47,372 bases of DNA from contig CAZBUZ010000002.1 in the NCBI GenBank assembly GCA_964495205.1, positions 1 to 47,372 of the forward strand, read 5' to 3'. Position numbers and translations under genes: made by a program. The notes below the pieces were generated by a model. It was given only the letters and a program-made list of their open reading frames with translations. It was not told the DNA's origin and ran no database searches. Below are positions 42,689 to 47,372 of the stretch, in pieces (the stretch's first letter is position 1; every line of letters begins with the position of its first letter). Source of the DNA: an uncultured Pseudomonadota bacterium. Lineage in GTDB: Bacteria > Babelota > Babeliae > Babelales > RVW-14.

Positions 42689-43804
42689 ATGTCAGCACGA
42701 ACAATGTTTGATCAAAGAGATATGCATCCCAAAACTCTCTTGCTGGGGGTGTATGCTCCTGGTAACCGTATGGGATCTGCAGAGTACTATTTTGAGGAAT
42801 TTTTAAGTCTCGTAAAAACTGCCGATATTCAGTATGATGAGGTGGTTTTTACCAAGGTGCGTCAGCTTGATAACAACATGTTTTTTACTAAGGGGCGGCT
42901 TGAAGATCTTGCCAAACTTTGTGAAGAGCAAGGATTTGAGTATGTGGTGATTTCAGAGATTTTATCCCCGCTGCAAGAGCGTAACCTGGAAAATGTTTTA
43001 GACTGTCGTATTATTGATCGCGAACAGCTTATTCTCAAAATTTTTAAGCAATCGGCGCATACGTCTGAGGGTAAGATCCAGGTTGAAATGGCTGAGATTG
43101 AGTTTATGAAAACACGGACCATCGGTCGTGGTCGTGAGCTCGCGCAGCAATCGGGTATTATTGGTCCGATGCGTGGTCCTGGTGAGACGGAGAAAGAAGA
43201 GCTAAAACGTGTTTTTGCTGATAAGTTGCGTCAGGCGCGCAAGCGTTTGGAAACCCTTACGCGTGCTCGCGAGGTGCAGCGTAAGCAACGGTTAGAGAGT
43301 CATATCCCTTTAGTTTGTATCATTGGTTATACGAATGCTGGGAAATCAAGCTTGCTCAATCGGATTGCAAAAGGACATGTGTTGGCTGAAAACAAGCTTT
43401 TTGCGACGCTTGATACGACCACCCGTGAGCTTTTTATTGATGGGAAAAAAAAGGCGCTTATTTCTGATACGGTTGGTTTTATCAGTCAATTGCCGCATCA
43501 TTTAATTGACGCGTTTCGATCGACCCTTGACGAATTGCGTTATGCTAATTTGTTGTTGCACGTTGTTGATGCCAGTTGTCCCGCCTGGGAAGATCAGATT
43601 GAAGTGGTGCATGAAACCTTAAAAGATCTCAACGTTTATAAGCCGATGCTCTACGTCTTTAACAAAATGGATAAATTGTCGCCTGAGCAGCATGCTGCTT
43701 TGATGCCACGCCTTATTTTGTATACGCCGCATGTGCTTATCAACACCATGAGTAAAGAAGCAGTCGAACCATTGGTGAACTACTTGCGATTGTATAAATT
43801 TTAA
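42689..43804 (+). CDS. hflX: GTPase HflX
   Basis: HflX N-domain (SPLQERNLE...IIDREQLILKIF), GYTNAGKSSLLN (G1), DTVGFI (G3), FNKMD (G4). Confidence 0.9.
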   Translation: MSARTMFDQRDMHPKTLLLGVYAPGNRMGSAEYYFEEFLSLVKTADIQYDEVVFTKVRQLDNNMFFTKGRLEDLAKLCEEQGFEYVVISEILSPLQERNLENVLDCRIIDREQLILKIFKQSAHTSEGKIQVEMAEIEFMKTRTIGRGRELAQQSGIIGPMRGPGETEKEELKRVFADKLRQARKRLETLTRAREVQRKQRLESHIPLVCIIGYTNAGKSSLLNRIAKGHVLAENKLFATLDTTTRELFIDGKKKALISDTVGFISQLPHHLIDAFRSTLDELRYANLLLHVVDASCPAWEDQIEVVHETLKDLNVYKPMLYVFNKMDKLSPEQHAALMPRLILYTPHVLINTMSKEAVEPLVNYLRLYKF

Positions 43805-43817
43805 AGGAGTCGGGTTG

Positions 43818-44822
43818 ATGAAAAAGATAATGATTAATGGATTTGGTCGTATTGGGCGTTCTTTTCTTCGCGCTTTGTTGTCAGATGAAAAAGCCAAGCG
43901 TGAGCTTGATGTGGTGGCTATCAATGTTGGTCCGAGCGATCCATCCGGTTGTGATTTATTATTCAAGTATGATTCGGTTATGCCAGAATTTCAGGGCGAT
44001 GTTTCGTTTGTCGATGGTCATTTAGTGATACAAGATCAACGCATTAAAATATTATCTGAGGCAGATCCCGCTCAGCTTCCTCATACTGCTATGGGTATTG
44101 ATTGGGTGGTTGAAGCTTCCGGTCGCTTTACCAAACGAGAAAAAGCAAATGCGCACTTGAATGCTGGTGCTAAGAAAGTTTTGATTACAGCACCGTCGAT
44201 TGATGCTGATGTAACGATAATTCCTGGAGTGAACGATGCGGATTATCAGCCGCTAAGTCATAATTTAGTTTCTTTAGGAAGTTGTACGACGAATGCGTTT
44301 GCGCCTTTGGTGAAAATTTTAAGAGATCACTTTGGGCTGACGAATTGTTTGATGACAACAACGCATGCTTATACAAATGATCAGGTGCTGCTTGATGTTG
44401 AGCACAAAGATCCTCGCCGAGCTCGTGCTGCAGCTTTAAATATTATCCCTACCAAGACGGGTGCCGATAAGGTTATTACGCAGATTTTCCCTGAGCTTGA
44501 GGGGCGGATACAGGCGATTGCGGTTCGTGTTCCCGTTCCCGTATCTTCACTTATCGATGTAACCTTTGAGGCTAGTAAGCCGATGTCTGCGGAAGCGATT
44601 AACATTGCGCTCAAATATTCAGCAGAGCATGAATTCAAAAATATTGTGCACTACGAAGAATTGCCGCTTGTTTCATCTGATTTTATTGGGAATCCTCATT
44701 CGTGTATTATCGATAGCTTGCTGACGCGTTGTGTAGGAAATATGGGTAAGGTTTTTGCGTGGTATGATAATGAGGTTGGTTATTCAACGCGATTAAAGGA
44801 TTTCTTGCTCAAGATTACATAA
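43818..44822 (+). CDS. gap: Type I glyceraldehyde-3-phosphate dehydrogenase
   Basis: INGFGRIGR, SCTTN (the catalytic Cys), THAYTNDQ, HKDPRRARAAALNIIP, WYDNEVGY. Confidence 0.9.
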   Translation: MKKIMINGFGRIGRSFLRALLSDEKAKRELDVVAINVGPSDPSGCDLLFKYDSVMPEFQGDVSFVDGHLVIQDQRIKILSEADPAQLPHTAMGIDWVVEASGRFTKREKANAHLNAGAKKVLITAPSIDADVTIIPGVNDADYQPLSHNLVSLGSCTTNAFAPLVKILRDHFGLTNCLMTTTHAYTNDQVLLDVEHKDPRRARAAALNIIPTKTGADKVITQIFPELEGRIQAIAVRVPVPVSSLIDVTFEASKPMSAEAINIALKYSAEHEFKNIVHYEELPLVSSDFIGNPHSCIIDSLLTRCVGNMGKVFAWYDNEVGYSTRLKDFLLKIT

Positions 44823-45023
44823 ACGAGATGTATCAAAAATCTTGTTTCCTTGCTCCATCTTGTCTGCTAATTTTCTTGACAAGCTTTATAAAACTCGTCA
44901 TTTTTTGATGAAGAATGAAAGACGAAAAAAAAGTAGTGAGTTCGGCCCGCAACGCGGGCCGCTTCTCGTATTGAAATAGATAAGGGTTGTATACATGGTC
45001 CATCATTTGGGGAGTTTGTAGGA

Positions 45024-46469
45024 ATGATATTCGATAAAGACCTGTTAGTAACATCTTTTGGTGATGCCTCATTTGTATGCGCAGGCAAAGAACTTAAAAA
45101 TCAAGACGTGTGGCATTTTTATCATCAGAACCAAGAGGTTTTTGTTGCCGTTGATAGTCGGCTTGTCAAAAAGAATGATATTTTTGTCGCTTTATCAGGG
45201 CAAACAACTGATGGACATGCTTTTTTAGAAGATGCTCTGCAGATTGGAGCTTCCGCATTTATTGTCAACAAGCACGATGAACGGGTGAAAATGCTTACGC
45301 CTGAAAGCGTTGGCAATCGATTAATTATTAAAGTTGATGATACCTATCAGGCTCTTATTGCGCTTACTAAGGCATGGCGAGCGCGCATGACATTTCCGGT
45401 GATTGGCATTACTGGATCTATCGGCAAAACAACAACTAAAGAATTGCTGCGAGCTATTTTCGAACGAGCGGGTCTTGATTTTTATGTTTCACTAAAAAAT
45501 CAGAATACGTTTACCGGTTTGTGTATCAATCTTCTACGTGTGCCGCTTGATTGTGATGTTGCGGCTTTTGAGGTTGGTATTAGCAAGCCTGGTGAGATGG
45601 ATGTCAAGGCTGATATTTTACGGCCAACATTAGGTCTTATAACCTGTATCGCTCATTCACATCTTCTTGATTTTGGTTCTCTTGCTACTATTTCCTACGA
45701 AAAACGTCGGCTTTTTAAGCATTTTACTGCGCAGGAGGTTGGCATTGTTTTAGGCGATCAACCATTGCTTACCGATGTGTATTACGCTCATCCTGTTGCA
45801 AAATTTGGATTTAAAACCAAAAACCAAGTTCAGGCGCGCAAGGTGAAGCATGTGGTTGCTGCTGATGGAAAAGCGGTGACAGAGTTTGTGCTCAAATGGT
45901 ATCGTCAACGAGCGCTGGTAAGATTACAAGCTAATCATGTAGGGCTTGTGCAAAATGCTTTGGCTGCAAGCACTATTGCTTATTTTTTAAAGATTCCTTT
46001 ATCGGTTGTTGTCGAGGCGATTCAGTCTTATACAAGTTTTGAAAATCGTTTTGAAACTAAAGTCATCAAAGGCGATCGTGGGGTTGTTGTAAGCGATTGT
46101 TATAACGCAAATCCAGAGAGTATGCGGGCGGCTATTCTTGCTTTTGATAAAATGGTTGCGAAGGGAAAAAAGATTGCGGTTCTAGGCGATATGCTCGAAC
46201 TTGGTGAAAAAGAAGATTTTTGGCATCGCCAAATTGGCCGCTTGCTTGGAAAAACATCAACAATTGATGCGGTGGTGCTTGTCGGCGAGCGTTCTCGTAT
46301 GATTTATAAAACGGCACCGTCATCATTAACAGTAGAGTGGACTGAAAATTGGCAGCATGCTCAAGAAAAGCTTGAGGCGCTGTTACCCGAGAAGGATGCC
46401 TTGGTTCTCGTTAAAGCATCGCATGGTATGACGCTCAATAATATTGTTGACGCGGTTACCGAGGGTTAA
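45024..46469 (+). CDS. murF: UDP-N-acetylmuramoyl-tripeptide--D-alanyl-D-alanine ligase
   Basis: 481 aa. GITGSIGKTTTKE (P-loop), and the DCYNANPESM and GDMLELG motifs of Mur ligases of MurF type. Confidence 0.88.
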   Translation: MIFDKDLLVTSFGDASFVCAGKELKNQDVWHFYHQNQEVFVAVDSRLVKKNDIFVALSGQTTDGHAFLEDALQIGASAFIVNKHDERVKMLTPESVGNRLIIKVDDTYQALIALTKAWRARMTFPVIGITGSIGKTTTKELLRAIFERAGLDFYVSLKNQNTFTGLCINLLRVPLDCDVAAFEVGISKPGEMDVKADILRPTLGLITCIAHSHLLDFGSLATISYEKRRLFKHFTAQEVGIVLGDQPLLTDVYYAHPVAKFGFKTKNQVQARKVKHVVAADGKAVTEFVLKWYRQRALVRLQANHVGLVQNALAASTIAYFLKIPLSVVVEAIQSYTSFENRFETKVIKGDRGVVVSDCYNANPESMRAAILAFDKMVAKGKKIAVLGDMLELGEKEDFWHRQIGRLLGKTSTIDAVVLVGERSRMIYKTAPSSLTVEWTENWQHAQEKLEALLPEKDALVLVKASHGMTLNNIVDAVTEG

Positions 46470-46639
46470 TAAATTTCAATTAGCATAAGGTTTGGTGGAA
46501 TGTGTCGTTCCATCATTATTTTGTTTGTATAAAATGCTTGTTTTTTCATGGTGCTGTGCTACCTTGTACTCGCACCATGTGTTTTGTGGTGTGCGTTAAG
46601 GTAGTTGTGAGTAGGCAAATAATTTTTATGAAAGGATTT

Positions 46640-47245
46640 ATGATGAAAAGAATCGCCTATGCTCTTGCTCTTACTTTGAGTGTTGCTTCTGTTTGCGCAG
46701 AAGAGGCCGCTGTTGTCGCAGAAAATGATATTGTTCTTGCTCAAGAAGCTGCTGTTGAAACAAAAGCTCTTCCTCAAGACATTGTTGCTGAAACAAAAGC
46801 ACTCACTAAAGAAGAAGCATCTCATGCAATTGCTTGGATTAAAGAACACAAGGCATTGACAATCGCTGTTGCATCAACCGTTGTTGCAGCTGTTGCTGTT
46901 GCAGGAACCATGTACTTTAGTCCAGCCGCTCGTGCTTGGACCATGAATGCATTGACAAAAACTGGTACGGGTATTGCAACCGCTACAAAAGCAACAGGTC
47001 ATGGCATTGCAACGGCAGCAACAGCAACCGGCCATGGTTTTGCAACCGCTGGTAAATGGGTTGGTAACAAGGCTCAAGTTGGAGCAACCTACTATTGGAA
47101 CCATAAAGCTTGGACAATTCCAGTGAGCGTTGTTGCCTTGCTCGTTGCTGGTTTTATGTCCTATGATCTTTACCAAGATACAGATGAATCATTCATCAAG
47201 ACTTTTGTTAACAAGCTTACCGGCAAAGACGGTGCCATTGCTTAA
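46640..47245 (+). CDS. Small exported or membrane protein with internal short repeats
   Basis: The ORF track starts at 46502. AAAGGA at 46631-46636 favours the ATGs at 46640 or 46643, giving MMKRIAYALALTLSVASVCA (signal-like). Repeats are ETKAL x2 and T-A-T-(K/A)-ATGHG(I/F)ATA x2. There are two further hydrophobic helices. Codon choice is like that of acpP and OMP2. Confidence 0.65.
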   Translation: MMKRIAYALALTLSVASVCAEEAAVVAENDIVLAQEAAVETKALPQDIVAETKALTKEEASHAIAWIKEHKALTIAVASTVVAAVAVAGTMYFSPAARAWTMNALTKTGTGIATATKATGHGIATAATATGHGFATAGKWVGNKAQVGATYYWNHKAWTIPVSVVALLVAGFMSYDLYQDTDESFIKTFVNKLTGKDGAIA

Positions 47246-47270
47246 ATAGCAATTGCTTGTTTAAAAATTA

Positions 47271-47300
47271 AGGAGTCCTTTCGAGGGCTCCTTTTTTTTT
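47271..47300 (+). terminator. Rho-independent terminator
   Basis: AGGAGTCC-tttcga-GGGCTCCT (8 bp including one G-U pair), followed by T9. Confidence 0.75.
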
Positions 47301-47350
47301 GCTTTTTTTCCATGCTATAATCGGAGGCGTGATTATGAAGAGGAGATGCG

Positions 47351-47372
47351 ATGAAAAAAAAGATGTTGCCGA
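47351..47372 (+). CDS. Start of an unidentified gene that runs off the right edge
   Basis: GAAGAGGAG SD, then ATG at 47351 (MKKKMLP...). Only 7 codons are visible. Confidence 0.3.

Noticed and set aside
44943-44961. GC-rich hairpin CGGCCCGC-aac-GCGGGCCG between gap and murF, considered as a terminator or REP element.
   Set aside because: No U-tract follows it on the + strand, and the T-run on the - strand is 10 nt away with no - strand gene to terminate. It may be a weak gap terminator, but the evidence is too thin for a feature call.

Overview
This is a 47.4-kb, gene-dense stretch of bacterial chromosome with about 45 protein genes on both strands. Several convergent gene pairs touch or overlap at their 3' ends. 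The genetic code is standard (TGA, TAA and TAG all terminate well-supported genes), most genes have Shine-Dalgarno sites, and the sequence is moderately AT-rich.

Most of the content is core housekeeping:
- Translation and tRNA: trmB (partial), two divergent glutamyl-tRNA synthetase paralogs, trpS, frr-pyrH-tsf, hflX.
- Replication and recombination: dnaE and a xerC/xerD-like recombinase.
- Lipid synthesis: an rpmF-plsX...fabD-fabG-acpP-fabF cluster that lacks fabH and is interrupted by two unrelated genes, plus a PccB-type carboxyltransferase.
- Envelope and central metabolism: uppP, murF, gap and a threonine aldolase.

I found no rRNA, tRNA, CRISPR array, transposase, phage gene or recognisable defence system. 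Two paralogous beta-barrel-like proteins ending in AKAG(F/L)SF, together with uppP and murF, imply a diderm cell with peptidoglycan. The taxon cannot be assigned from this window.

The parts that housekeeping does not explain are:
1. An envelope/surface locus at 27.9-35.2 kb. It holds a signal-peptide-bearing poly-lysine protein with histone-H1-like architecture, an Ala-rich exported protein, and two divergently transcribed paralogous outer-membrane proteins. The outer-membrane genes are separated by a 555-bp spacer containing a GC-rich, apparently structured RNA element behind a near-consensus promoter.
2. Stand-alone LigD polymerase and phosphoesterase genes with no ligase domain or Ku in the window. 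They sit next to an orphan AbrB-like gene and a decayed MBL-hydrolase remnant.
3. A membrane-anchored cytidylyltransferase that resembles eukaryotic CCT/ECT catalytic domains.
4. A perfect 14-bp-stem palindrome embedded in frame in pyrH.
5. A His-rich orphan protein convergent with a cytoplasmic heparinase II/III-like protein.

None of these is shown to be novel. All functional calls come from motif recognition by eye, with no database search, so they are hypotheses to test.
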